DNA of 64,000 nucleotides from Rebecca billardiae RCC1528 (lineage: Eukaryota > Protista > Haptophyta). Positions 35,727 to 46,891 of this stretch are shown here, piece after piece. Under the pieces are notes generated by a model. That model was given only the letters and a program-made list of their open reading frames with translations, did no database searches and was not told where the DNA came from. Position 1 is the stretch's first letter, and each line of letters starts with the position of its first letter. The DNA lies in assembly GCA_965240325.2 (NCBI GenBank), contig OZ251234.1, positions 1,736,001 to 1,800,000 of the forward strand. The letters are read 5' to 3'. Position numbers and translations under genes: made by a program.

Positions 35727-37938
35727 AGCCGCCGTAGGCTGCTGCTGCTGCTGCGGCTGCGGCTGCTGCTGCGGCTGCTGCTGCTGCTGCAGCTGCGGCT
35801 GCGGCTGCGGCTGCGGCATGCCCCGCGCGATGGTGTCGAGCAGGGCGGGGACGAGGAGCTGCGGGAGGACGCGCACGTTCTGCCCGTCCGCGTGCACCGC
35901 GCTCGCGCCGAGCACCGCGCCGAGCAGCCCGCGCGCCGCCCGGCCCACCTGCGCATCCGCCCCCTCGAGCGATCCTTCCAGCATGGCTGCCGCCGCGCGG
36001 AGCACGCTTGCGCCGCGCGCGCGCTGCACGAGCGCGGCGGACTTGCCGCGCGAGCTGAGCTCGGCCGTGGCCTGCTCGAGCGCGGCGCGGCGCAGCGCGG
36101 GCTTGGGCGACGCGAAGTACAGCGCCACCGCCTCGCCGAACACCGCGCGCACCAGCCGCGCCGCGTCCGACTCGGCGCCGCCGCGCCGCGCCGCCGGCAG
36201 CGGCGGCGGCAGCAGCGACAACTCGCGCAGCGGCGGCCGCTGCGCCGTCGTGGCCGAGAGGGGCAGGCGCGCGGCGGCGGCGTCGGGCTCGGGCTCGTCC
36301 TCCTCGGCGTACGCGTCGTGCGGGTACGCCGCCGCGTCGCGCGCCGCGCGAGCCGCGCCCGCCGCCTCCTCCGCCGAGACGGCGCCCGGCGCGCCGCCCG
36401 CGCCGCCGTCCGCGCCGGCTGCCGCCGCCGCCGCGGCCGCCGCCGCGTCTGCTGCCGCGGCCTCGCCGATCGCCCGCTCGCGCTCCGCGGCGAGGGCGAG
36501 GGCGGCGAGGCTGGGCGAGGCGGGGACGGACGCGGCCGCGGGCGGCATGAAGTGGCTCGCCAGCGCCGCGTCGCTCGCCGAGGCGAGCACGCCCTCGCGC
36601 GCGCTCGGCGGCCCGCCGGCCGCGTCGCGCGCCGCGGGCGCGCCGCCGCCGGCGCCGACGCGCGCGCCGTCGCGGCCGCCGGCGGCGCGGCCGCCGTGCA
36701 CCGGGCGCTGGCGGAAGGTGGCGACCTCGACGCAGACGGCGAGGCGCGTCGCGTCGATCGTGCTCTTCAGCCCGTGCGCGCGCGCGTACTCGCGCACGCG
36801 CACCGCCCCCGCCAGCTCCTCCTCATGCGAATCCAACTCGTCCAAAAAACGGTCGAGCGTCGCCACATGCGTTTTCGCGAGCGCGGCGGTTCGGTAGTCT
36901 TCGGCCGCGGAGGCGCGGCGCTTGTCGTCGTCGGCGAGGTCGGCCTGCTTCGAGGCGAGCTCGGCGAAGTCGTGCGCGCCCATCTCCGAGAGCAGCGCCG
37001 GCAGCTCGCCCGTCTCCGCCGCGCGGAACAGCGCGCGCAACGCAGTCGACTCCGTGCGAGCACGTCGGCCGCGCGCCGCCTGCTGCAGCCGCGTCGCCGC
37101 CGCGGCGCGCGCGCCGTGCGCGTGCCGGCGCCACGCGCGCTGGATGTACCGCGCGGCGGCCTCGCGGCGGAGGCGCTCGGCGGCGGTGCGCGTCGCCTCC
37201 TCGCGCTCGCGCGCGCGCGCCTCCGCCGCGCGCCGCTCCGCCGCCGCGCGCTCGCGCTCCGCCGCCGCGCGCGCCGCCGCGGGCGAGGCGCGATAGCCTC
37301 GGCCGAGCGTGCGCGCCGCGCGCTCGCGGCCGCGCGCCTCGGCGGCCGCGCGCGCCGCGAGGTCGCGCTCGGCGGCGGCGCGGCGCTCATCGGCGCGCCT
37401 CGCGTCGAGCAGCGCGCGCGACGACTGCCGCGACATCCGCCCGCGCTGCTGTGCCTGCACGCGCGTCGCGGCGTCGGCGGCGGCGCGCGCCGCCTCCTCC
37501 TCGCGCCGCCGCGCCGCCGCGTCCGCGGCGCGCTCGCGCGCCGAGCGGCCGCGCGCGGCGGCCTGCACGCGCGTGGCGGCGGCCGCGCGGCGCGAGGCGT
37601 CGGCGTCGGCCTCGGCGCGCGCCTTGCGCGCCGCCGCCTCCTCCGCGCTCTCGAGCGGCAGCCCGGACGCCGACAGGCGGCGCGAGGCTGCGTCCGCGCC
37701 GCCCGCGTCGCGAGGTGCCAAGTCACGCCGCGCCGCGTGCGCGCGCGCGCCGGCCTGGATGGTGGTGGCCGCCGCGTCGCGCTCGCGCGCCTCGGCGCTG
37801 CTCACCGACACGGGCTGCAGCACGTCGCCGCCCTCCGGGTCGTCCTCCGCCCGCGGCCCGCGCCGCGCCGCCGACGCGTCCGCGCGCGCCGCCGGCCGCG
37901 AGCCGCGCCGCCGCGCGCCGGCCGCGCCGCCGGCCGCC

Positions 37939-37970
<32 letters not shown>

Positions 37971-40688
37971 TGCCGCCTCGCCGCCGGCCGGCTCGACGCG
38001 CACGGCGGGCGGCGCGCGGCGCTCGGCGCGGCGCCCCGTGGCGCTCGCGCCGCCGAGCGACGCCGCCGACGACGCGACCGACGACGCGTCCGAGTCCTCG
38101 CCGTCGCGCGGCGTGAACCGAGGCCCGTGCACGCGCGCCAGCTCGGACTGATAGACGCCCGCGCGGTGGTCGGCGCCGCGCTTGTGCGACTGGATGGTGG
38201 TGGCGGCGCCGAGCTGGGCGACGTCGGACTCGGACTCGGTCTCGGAGAGCTCGGCGCCGAGGCCGTTGCGCTCCTGCAGCAGCCTCGTCAGCCGGCGCTG
38301 CGCCACTTCCTCCTTCGCCTTTTTGGCGCGATTTGCAGTTTGAATGGTCAGCGCGGCGCGCTCCGTGGCCGCGGCCGCCTCCGCCGCCTCCGCCGCCGCC
38401 TCGGCCGCCTCGTCCTCCTCCGCGGCCTGCTGCGAGAACTTGCCGCTCTGCTTCACGCGCAGCGAGCCCGCCGCCTGCCGCTCGAGCGCGCCGCGCTGCC
38501 GCGCCTGGATCGCCACGGCCGCCGCCTCCTCCTCCGCCGCGCGCGCGGCCGCAGCCGCCGCCGCCGACTCGGCCGCACTTCGCTCCGCGGCCGCGGCCGC
38601 CGCGCTCGCGTCGCGCTCGGCGGCGGCCGAGCGCCGCGCCGCGCGCCCGCGCTCGCCCGACTGAATGCGCACGGCCGCGGCGGCGTCGTCGACGGCCGGC
38701 GTGCGCGGCGCGGCGGGCACGCCGGCTGCGGGCGGCGCGGCCTGCGCGTCGCGTGCGCCGGTTGCGGTGGACGCGCGCGGCGCGGCAGCGCTCGGCGCCG
38801 CGGCTGGCGCGCGCGCCGCGCGCGCCGCCCTGCGCGTCTGCTTGCCTCGCTCCGACGCCTGGATGCGCGCGGCGGCGGAATCCTGCTCGGCAGCCGGCCG
38901 CGCCGGCTGCGCGCCAGCGGCTTCCGCTCGCGCCGGCGCCTGCTGCGCCGCGGGCGCGGCCGCGGCCGCGCCACGGATCGCTGGCAGCGGTTGCGCACCA
39001 TCGCGCGGCAGGCCGGGCCCTGCGTCGGCGGTGCGCGGCTGCGCGGCCGCAGCCGCGGGCTCGGCCGTGGCGCTCGCGCCGCCCGCCGCGCGCGCCGCGC
39101 GCCCGCGCTGCTGCGCCTGAATGCGCGCGGCCGCCTGCTCGGGCGGCGGCGGCGCCGCAGCGGCCCTCGCGGCGGGCGCTGCCGCCGCCGTCGCTGCGGC
39201 GCTCGGCGGCGGCGCGGCGCCGCCACCCGCCGGCGGCGGCGGGCTGGGCGCGGCGGCGCTCGTGCCAAGCCCCACGGGCCGCGCCGCAGCCGCCTCCTGC
39301 GCGGCTGCGTCGCGAGGCTCGGCGGCCGAGGCCTGCGCCGCCGGACCCTGCGCGGCGGCGGCGGCGGCGGGCGGCGGCGCGGAAGCGGCGGCGGCGGGCG
39401 GCGGGCGGGCGATGGACGGCAGTGCGCGTTGCGGCGCGCGCAGCGAGGGGGCGCCGAGGGAGCCGGGCGCGGCGGCGAGCGGCGCGACCGCCGGCGCGCC
39501 GCCGATCCGGCCCGGCGCACCGGGCGCCGCCGCGGTCGTGCCAGGCGCCGCCGCGGGCGCGGGCGCGGCGGTGCGAGGGACGGTGGGAGGCGCGCCGCCC
39601 GCGCCCGCGGCCGCTGGCAACGCGGCGGCGGTCGCTGGTGCGGGTGGCACGGCCGAGCTCGGCGGGATGGGCTGCACGGCGTCGGCCGCCGCCGCAGGGG
39701 CCGCGGCGCCGCGCACGTCCGCGCTCGGCGCGGCCGCGGCGGCTGCCGCTGCGCCGCGCGGTGGCTGAACAATCGGCTGCGCCGCGCGCGGCGGCGGCGC
39801 CGCCGCAGCGGGCGCGGCGGCCAGCGGGCGCGCGGCGGCGGCCGTCGACGCGGCCGTGGGCAGCGGCTCGCGCGGCGGGGCTCTGGCGATGGGCGCGAGC
39901 GGCACTGCCGCCGCGGTCGGCAGCGGCTCGCGCGCTGGCGCCGCCGCGGCCGTCGCCACGGTGGCGCCTGCGGCCGTCGCGGCGGCGGCGCCCGCCGCCG
40001 ACGGCCCGCCCTCGTCGCGGGCGCCGCTCGCGGGTGGGGCCGGGGCAGGCGCCGAGGCGGGCGCGGCGACGGGCGCCGCCGCCTCCGCCGCCATCGACTC
40101 CGCGCTCACCGGCTCCAGCCGCCATCGGAACGAGATCGCGCTCTTTCCGCTAAGAATCTCCTTCTCCTTGTTCCCGGAGAGCAGCTCGCGAACTACCGGG
40201 CGCGGCTCGCTCGCGCCGTCGGCGCCGAGCGTGACCGGCTTCTTGAGGAGCTCGGCCATGCGGCTACGCTTCACCTTGCCCAGCAGCCGCGACGGCTCTT
40301 TCCCGAAGCCGTCGTGGTCCCACACCTCGAGTGAGATCTGCGCGGTCACAGTGAACGCGCTGCCCTTCGAGTCCGCCTTCACGCCCTTGGGCGGGAGCGG
40401 CACGACGAGGCGCACGCCGGGCCAGGCGGGCGTGGCGGTGTTGTCGATGTGCGCCGTCTGCGCGCGCGAGAGCTCCTTCTCCCGCCCGACCAACGGCACG
40501 TCGACGACGCGCAGGCGCACGAACGGATCGGAGCCCTGCGCGTCCGCGCGCTCCGCGGCCGAGCTCGACTTCTTCTTGTCGGCGTCGCGGTTGCGGATGT
40601 GCTGGCACTCGATCTGGTCGATTACGAGCTGCAGCGTCGCGCCCGACTTGGTGGACACCGGCGCCTTGCCCCGGAGGAGGAAGCTCAT
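32522..40688 (-). CDS. Giant Ala-rich ciliary-type protein: N-terminal C2, ~11 IQ motifs, CEP104-like coiled-coil/TOG segment, C-terminal RPGRIP1-C-like C2; exons 40688-33117, 32945-32868 and 32770-32522
   Basis: C2: SDPFVRL...TAHIDNTATPAW...LEVWDHDGFG...LLGK. IQ-like repeats such as IQAQQRG, IQASERG, IQARQRG and IQRAWRR. AEDYRTAALAK/REYARAHGLK and VFGEAVALYFASPKPALRRAAL. The last exon encodes ELGYATLDLL..ERDL..ARLE...LLGSFVVSVHA. Two phase-0 GT-AG introns. Confidence 0.75.
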
Positions 40689-40876
40689 CTCTCCCTCCCG
40701 CGCTTTGATTTGGCCAGGCGGTCAGCGCCTTGGCGCCATGCCGATCGGACAAGTTTGAGTTGTCGATCTGGCCAACCGCCTCCCACGAGTCCGGCGGCGA
40801 CTTTTACAGCCCCCGGACTTTTCGAGAAGTCCAACGACAAAACCGGCTCGGAGCGGCGAGCGCGAGGGACTACCCC

Positions 40877-41689
40877 ATGAGCCTCAACACCGCGCACGCG
40901 CTCAGCGTGGTGGAGTGCGAGTTCGAGCGGAGCGCGGCCGACCTGAAGCAGGTGGAGGCGACGCTTGCCAAGGAGTTCGACGACCTCTACCCCAAGACCT
41001 CGATCAACCCGCACAAGCTGCTGCAGCGCATCGAGAATCTGAGAGCCGAGCTGCCGCAGCTCGAGCGCGAGGCCGACCGGCTCGTCTCGGAGAAGCAGGC
41101 GGCTGTCGCCACGGTCGGGGCGCTGAAAGGCACGCACGCGACCCTCTCCGACACGGCCGCCCGCGCCGATCTGCGCGACGACGACGAGCTCGCCGGCGGC
41201 GCGCGCTCGGTGCACAGCCTGGAGGCTGCGGCCGCGCAGTCGCGGCAGCAGCAGGCGGCAGCCGCCGTCGCGCAGGTGGCCGTGGACGCGGAGCAGCTGA
41301 TCCAGGGGGGCGCGGAGATCGACATCCGCCTTGCGCTGGCCGGTGGCGGCGGCGCGGGCGCGCTCAGCTCGCCCGCCAGCGGCAGCGCGGCCGCGCGCGG
41401 CGGCGGCGGCGCCGGCGCCGGAGCGCCTGGTGGATCGGGCGCGATCGCCGACGCCGAGTGGAGCCAAGTGCCGACGATCATCGCGAACGCGACCTCGCGC
41501 GCGGACGCCGCCGAGCTGGACGCGCGGCTCCGCTCGCTCGCGCACGAGCGCCGCGACGCGCACCTCTCGATGAGCCAGCTCGTCGCGCTCGGGCTCGCGA
41601 GCGGCTCGGAGGACGCTCGGCTGCACGCACTCGGGGCCATCCGGCGCATCGAGCTGCGCGCCAACGAGATCGTGGTCGCCGGCGTCTGA
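40877..41689 (+). CDS. SKA2: Spindle and kinetochore-associated protein 2 (SKA2)-like
   Basis: FERSAADLKQVEATLAKEFDDLYP...NPHKLLQRIENLRAELPQL...LVSEKQ fits the SKA2 N-terminal pattern F..A..DL......L..EF...YP...NP.KL..RI. Confidence 0.78.
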   Translation: MSLNTAHALSVVECEFERSAADLKQVEATLAKEFDDLYPKTSINPHKLLQRIENLRAELPQLEREADRLVSEKQAAVATVGALKGTHATLSDTAARADLRDDDELAGGARSVHSLEAAAAQSRQQQAAAAVAQVAVDAEQLIQGGAEIDIRLALAGGGGAGALSSPASGSAAARGGGGAGAGAPGGSGAIADAEWSQVPTIIANATSRADAAELDARLRSLAHERRDAHLSMSQLVALGLASGSEDARLHALGAIRRIELRANEIVVAGV

Positions 41690-42085
41690 GCGCGGGCCGG
41701 AGCCGCGGCGCGTTGCGGAGGCGGTGGGTGGTAGCGTGCGGCACGGGCACGCGCAGGACTGAGCCTCTCGCCGAGCCGCCGAGCCGCCAGCTCACGGAGT
41801 GTAGTCATCAGCAGCAGCACCCGCGGGTACAGTAGGCAGCTGACGAAGCGCCCGCCCTGATCATCAATCATCATCATGGTGGGTCGGGCCGTCGGGCGGA
41901 CGGGCCTCGGGGCCGACTCGGGGCGGGTCGCCGGTCGCCCGGGTCGGGCGGTCGACCGGACATGACAATGCTCATGCTGCAATGCTGCATCATCAGCCTG
42001 AGAATGAGAGACATCAGCGGTGCGGGTGCGCGCCATCGGTGATCGGAGCAGCAGGATACGATCTTAGTTCTTACGTAACGTATCG

Positions 42086-45000
42086 TCACCGTTGCACGCC
42101 GGCACTCCAGAGTCCGCTGCCATGGCTGCCAGGTCCGTCGTCCGCGTCACCTTCTTTGGGCGCGCGGTCGACGAGCAGCCGGCGCTGCCGCCGCCGCCTT
42201 CGCAGGCGCGCGTGCCGCAGACTGGGCTCCTCCACCTGGTGCGGCACGCGCGCGAGGCAGGTGTACCCCGGCGCAGGCACGGCCATGTGCGGCCGGTGGA
42301 ACCAGAGCTCGCAGCGCTGCTGCGACTCGGCGTACTCGATGCCTGAGCAGCTCACCGTGTGCGCGGAGCACAGCTCCTGGCACGCCTCGAGCGAGCCCAC
42401 GCCGCTCGCCGAGCGGTAGTTGTGCCGCGAGCCCTCGTCCACCTCGTGCAGCCGGCACGCCGCCTCGCGCCCGTCCGAGCGCAGCCCCGAAGAGTCGCGC
42501 CGCGCCGAGTCCCAGTCGTGGGTGACTGCCAGGTACTGCTGCACAGTGCGCACGTGCGCGCGCGGCTCGGCCTCCGCGCTCGCGCCCAGGTGCGGCGTCT
42601 CGCCCTTCATCCACGTGTTCACCATCCCGTTCATCTGGCTGGTGACGATGCCGGTGAAGTCTCGCAGCGCTGCGGCGCGCACAGAGCGCTCGGTGGGATG
42701 GGCCGGGAGCGTCGGGCGCGCCGCGCACACACGCACGCACGCACGCGCACACGCACCCGCGCGTGCGCACGCGCACGCGCACGCGCACGCACGCGCGCAC
42801 GCACCGGTGAGGCAGTAGGACGCGATCTCGTCCTCGTCCCGCGCGGACGTGGAGTTGAGCTTGAGCTTCATCGTCACGCCGACCGCGCACGTCGCGGCGA
42901 TCAGCCCGTCGTCGAGCAGCACCTCGTTGTCGAGGCCGGCGATGATTTCAAACGGCACCAACCGGCGCACGAGCTCGTCTAGATTCACCGAGAGGGCGAC
43001 AGAGTCAAGCAGCCGCTGCAGGAAGCACGAGGACGAGGCGGGCGGCAGCGGCGCCATCACGTCGTCGCCGGCGCGCATGTGCGCGATCGCCGCGTCCGGG
43101 GTGCCGCCCAGCAGCAGCTGGCGCTCGCGCGAGATTTTCATGATGCCTGCGCGGGTTATTTTTATAATTTGTTTTTTGGGGGAGGGGAGAGCGAGGAGGA
43201 ACGCGCGCGGGGCCGCGGGAGCGCGCCGGGGGCCCAGGCCGAGGGGCGTGTGGGCTCGCAAGCGCGGGGTCGCGCGCGCACGGCGCGCGGCCCGCACCCA
43301 CGCGCACTCGGGCACGGCGCACGGCCGAGCGCGCGGCGCAGCCGGCTGGCCGGCCGGGCGCGTGGCGCGCGCACCGTGCAGCGGCTCGACGCGCTGCTCG
43401 GCCGTGCCGCCATACGACAGCAGGACATGCGCATCGAACGTCGAGATCCCGTTCTGCACGACGCTGGAGTGCGTCTCGAGCGTGCCGATGCAGCCGCCGA
43501 TGTTGCGCAGCTCGTCCTCGTTGACGATGTCCTGCGCGCCGGCTGCGCGGCGCAAGGCGGGGCGCGGGGCGGCGCACGCGGGCGTGCGGGCAGGCGGGCG
43601 GCCCGGTGCACCGGCAGTTGGGCGCGGGGCGGCGCGCGGTGCGCGGCTGAGGGCGCGACGAGAGCGCCGGCCGCGCGCACCGGCGCCGAGCGCGCGTGCC
43701 AACGGCCGCGGCCGCGCACGCGCGCGCGCCAACAGCCCCGCCCCCCGCCCCCCCGCGCGCGGCGGACGCGGCCGCACCTCCATGCAGATCATACCGCGCG
43801 CCGCGCCGCGCGGCGGCCGCGTCGCCGCGCGCGCCGCGCGCGGCGTCCTCGCGGCTCGCGTTGGCAGCGATGGCGGCGTATGCGTGCGCGGCCGCGCTCG
43901 CGTCGCCCTGCCACGGGCGGCGCGAGCACAGGCGGAGCGAGAGCGGCGGCACCGCGAGCGAGAACTCGGGCACGCTGCCGAACCGCGCCGCCATCGACGA
44001 GTGCATGCGCGTCCGCTCCGCGTTCGCCGCCTGCAGTTGCGCGCCGTCGAATTTGAACGCCTCGAGCAGCGGCCCGGCGTTCGGGTCGGTGGCGACGTGC
44101 AGCCCGGTGCAGTCCGCGCAGCCCGCGCGGCGCTGCAGCGCGCGCACCGTGCGCTGCAGCTGCTCCTTCCGGTGCTCCGTCATCGCCAGCCGGATGTCAA
44201 TCTCGTGCATCCCGAAATCGGTGCCGAGCGCGCGCAGCCCCACTGCCAGTCGCACGCGGATGCGCGGCGACCTCTCCTCGTCCGCCGCCTCCGCCGCCTT
44301 CTGCTCGCGCGTCAGCCTGGGCGGCTCCGGCGGCCTCGGCGCGGCCTGGTCCGGGTCGCCGCGCACGCCGACCGAGCCGCCCAGCGCCGACGCGAGGTGG
44401 TTCAGCGCGCGCCCCAGCCGCGCCTCGTCCGGCACCCTCAGAGCCAGCAACAGCTCAACGCGCTGCGGTCCCGCGTCGACACTGAACACGCGCGGCGGCG
44501 CGAGCAAGTCGCGCAGCCACGAGGGCGAGAGGCGGCCGTCGCCCGCGACGCTGTCGTCGTCGTCGGCGGCGGCGTCGGCGTCGGATCCGGCGGCGGCGCC
44601 ACCGCCGCCGCCCGAGGCCGAGCCGGCTCTGCTCCCGCCGCCGCCCGCCGCGCCCCAGCCATCGTCCTCGCGCGCAGACGGCGCGAGGCCGAGCGCGCGC
44701 GCCGTCTCGGACTGAGCAAACGGCACGGCGGGGCAGCCGAAGCTGCCGTCGGGCTGGCGGAGGGACCAGAGGTACGTGCCGATCGCGTGGGTCCGGCCGT
44801 ACGAGACCGCGCCGCCGGACTCGTCCCCCGTGTAGCACAGCGTCGGCGTCGCCGTCCCGTCGCGCACGCACGTCTGCGTGGCGTTGGTCCCTCTGTAGTC
44901 TAGCGTTGTGTAACACCCCCACAGCTGGCGCCGCCTGCGCGCGTGCTGCGCGAGGCCGTCCTCGGGCGGGCCGCACGCGTCGTCGAGCGCGGCCTGGAGG

Positions 45001-45863
45001 CAGCCCGGCGTGACCAGCCGCGGGTTCGCCCCCGCCGCCGCCGGAGACACGTGCTGGGCGCGCGCGGCTCGCTCCTCGTGGCTGCGCTGCGCCGCGCGCT
45101 GCCGGGCCAGCGCCTGCTCCGAGGGCGGCGGCGGGCTGGGCGGCGGCATCGGCGGCGGGTAGCGGCCGCAGCCGTGCGCGATGGTCTCCTCGACCCAGCG
45201 CGCGGGCAGCATCGCACGCACGGGCTCCTCCGCCGCCGCGTCGTAGCACGGCGCGGGCGAGCCGTCGCCGGCGATGCAGGCCGAGCCGACGAGCGCGCCG
45301 TCCGTCAGCCGGAAGCACGCCCAGCCAGCGGCGCGGTAGCGCGCGACGGTGCTCGGCGCGAGGCGGTGGCAGCGCGCGTCGAGCCGCTGCTGGATGCACG
45401 AGCCGAGCACGCTCACCGTCACCAGCGGGTACCCGTCCGTGTCCTCCAGCGCGAAGAACGGGTCTGCGAACGTGACGCCCGCCTTTGCGACCGACGTCAG
45501 AAGCACGAGCACGCGCAGCGGGATCTGGAAGGCGCACAGGTCGGGGAGCTCGAGCGCGAGGACCTGCAGCTGGGAGCACACGAGCGGGAGCACCTGCCTC
45601 AGCCCCGACGAGACCACGATCGCCGCGGTCACGAGCAGCGCGACAAGCACCGCGAGCGTCGCGCAGCAGCACTTGCGCTTGCGCGCGCCCCCGAGCGCGG
45701 CGCCGGGGCAGCCACGCAGCGCAGCGCCCGCGAGCGCGGGGTGGCACCGGCGTGCGGCGCCGCCCTTCACCAAGGGGACGGTGTCCGACTCCATCTCCTT
45801 GGTCGGCGCCGCCTCGGCCGGCGCCTCCTCGGCGGGCGCCGCGTCCGCCGCGCCGTCGCTCAT
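42086..45863 (-). CDS. Type II membrane protein with a C-terminal PAN/apple-like domain; exons 45863-43778, 43542-43375, 43146-42805 and 42669-42086
   Basis: Basic/Cys patch followed by one TM helix (KRKCCCATLAVLVALLVTAAIVV). Three phase-1 GT-AG introns give a continuous frame. C-terminal ACR...SLEACQELC.....CSGIEY......CELW...GYTC. Confidence 0.7.
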
Positions 45864-46891
45864 GGATGCCAGGGCGCGCCCTTTGGGCGCCTCTGTCGTT
45901 GCGCACCCGCCACTTCCGCCCCGGCCGGGGCGGTGCCAACTGTGCGCTCGCTCGCCATCACTGGTGGGATGGCGCTGGTTGGCCCACGCGGCCGTGAGTC
46001 GAGCCACACACTTTGCAACGTCCGGCCAAGGGCGTCCGGCCGCACACTCATCACTTCATCAGACGCAACACAGTCGAAGCCGGACGCTGCCGACGCTCGA
46101 GGGAGTCGACGGAGACGCGGTACAAATGTGGCGTGGGCGCGTGGCGCAAGGCGCAGAGCAGGGGGAGGCCCTGACACGGTCTGCACCTACGCGCGCCTTG
46201 CCTGACCGCGCCAGCCGGCGAGCCTCAGTCTGCTGCAGCTCTTCGTCGGCGTGATGCCCCCGCACCGTCGTGCCATGCTACGACGCCGAGACGAGTGGCG
46301 CCCCGCGGTCAGCATCCCGGCAGTCGGACCTCTCGCAAAGATTTGAAAGTGATGGTCGCAAAGCTCGCCGAGCGGTGGCATGCGCACGCACGCTGGTTGA
46401 GCCTGTTCCGCTGCCCTCCCATGCGCGAGCGATGCGACCACGGGGCCGGCAGTGACGCCTACGACGAACGCATGCAAATGCTGGCCGCGGACTGGCGGAT
46501 GCGAGCGTCGCGCTTGTGCTGCGTGGGACCTGCGGCCCTCATTGCAGCTCCTGTGAAGTTTCAGACCTGAGTAGCGCCGGTTCGGTCGCGGCTTGCGTGC
46601 CCGCAAACGCGGCGACCGAGATCACTTGCTGATGCATGTGACAGGGTGAAGAGAGACGGCGGCCATCGTGCGGGTCCGGGCATCAGCGGTCCAACCGTAA
46701 ATACGGGACGCCTCACGCCTGGATTGCGATTGGCTTGTTTTCATTCGTCGACAGCCTCTTTGCGGTCAGCGGAACGACCAGGACCGACGACGCCGCCACG
46801 CGTGTCGGCGTCATCGCCCGCTCCAATCATGGCGACCGCCGCCGCCGTCGGCCACTCGCTGGGGACCGATCAGAGCGCGCACGTGCGCGCG

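Noticed and set aside
34560-40334. 1924-aa plus-strand ORF, and similar long Arg/Ala-rich ORFs such as 57718-60678, 30409-32304 and 60666-62849
   Set aside because: These are stop-poor shadow frames caused by very high GC, opposite genes with recognisable domains.
43531-43795. Apparent frameshift in the PAN-domain gene
   Set aside because: Resolved by a phase-1 intron at 43777-43543 using the upstream CAG acceptor.
46295-46570. Small ORF between the PAN gene and the opine dehydrogenase
   Set aside because: Short with no recognisable motif; it cannot be supported without expression data.
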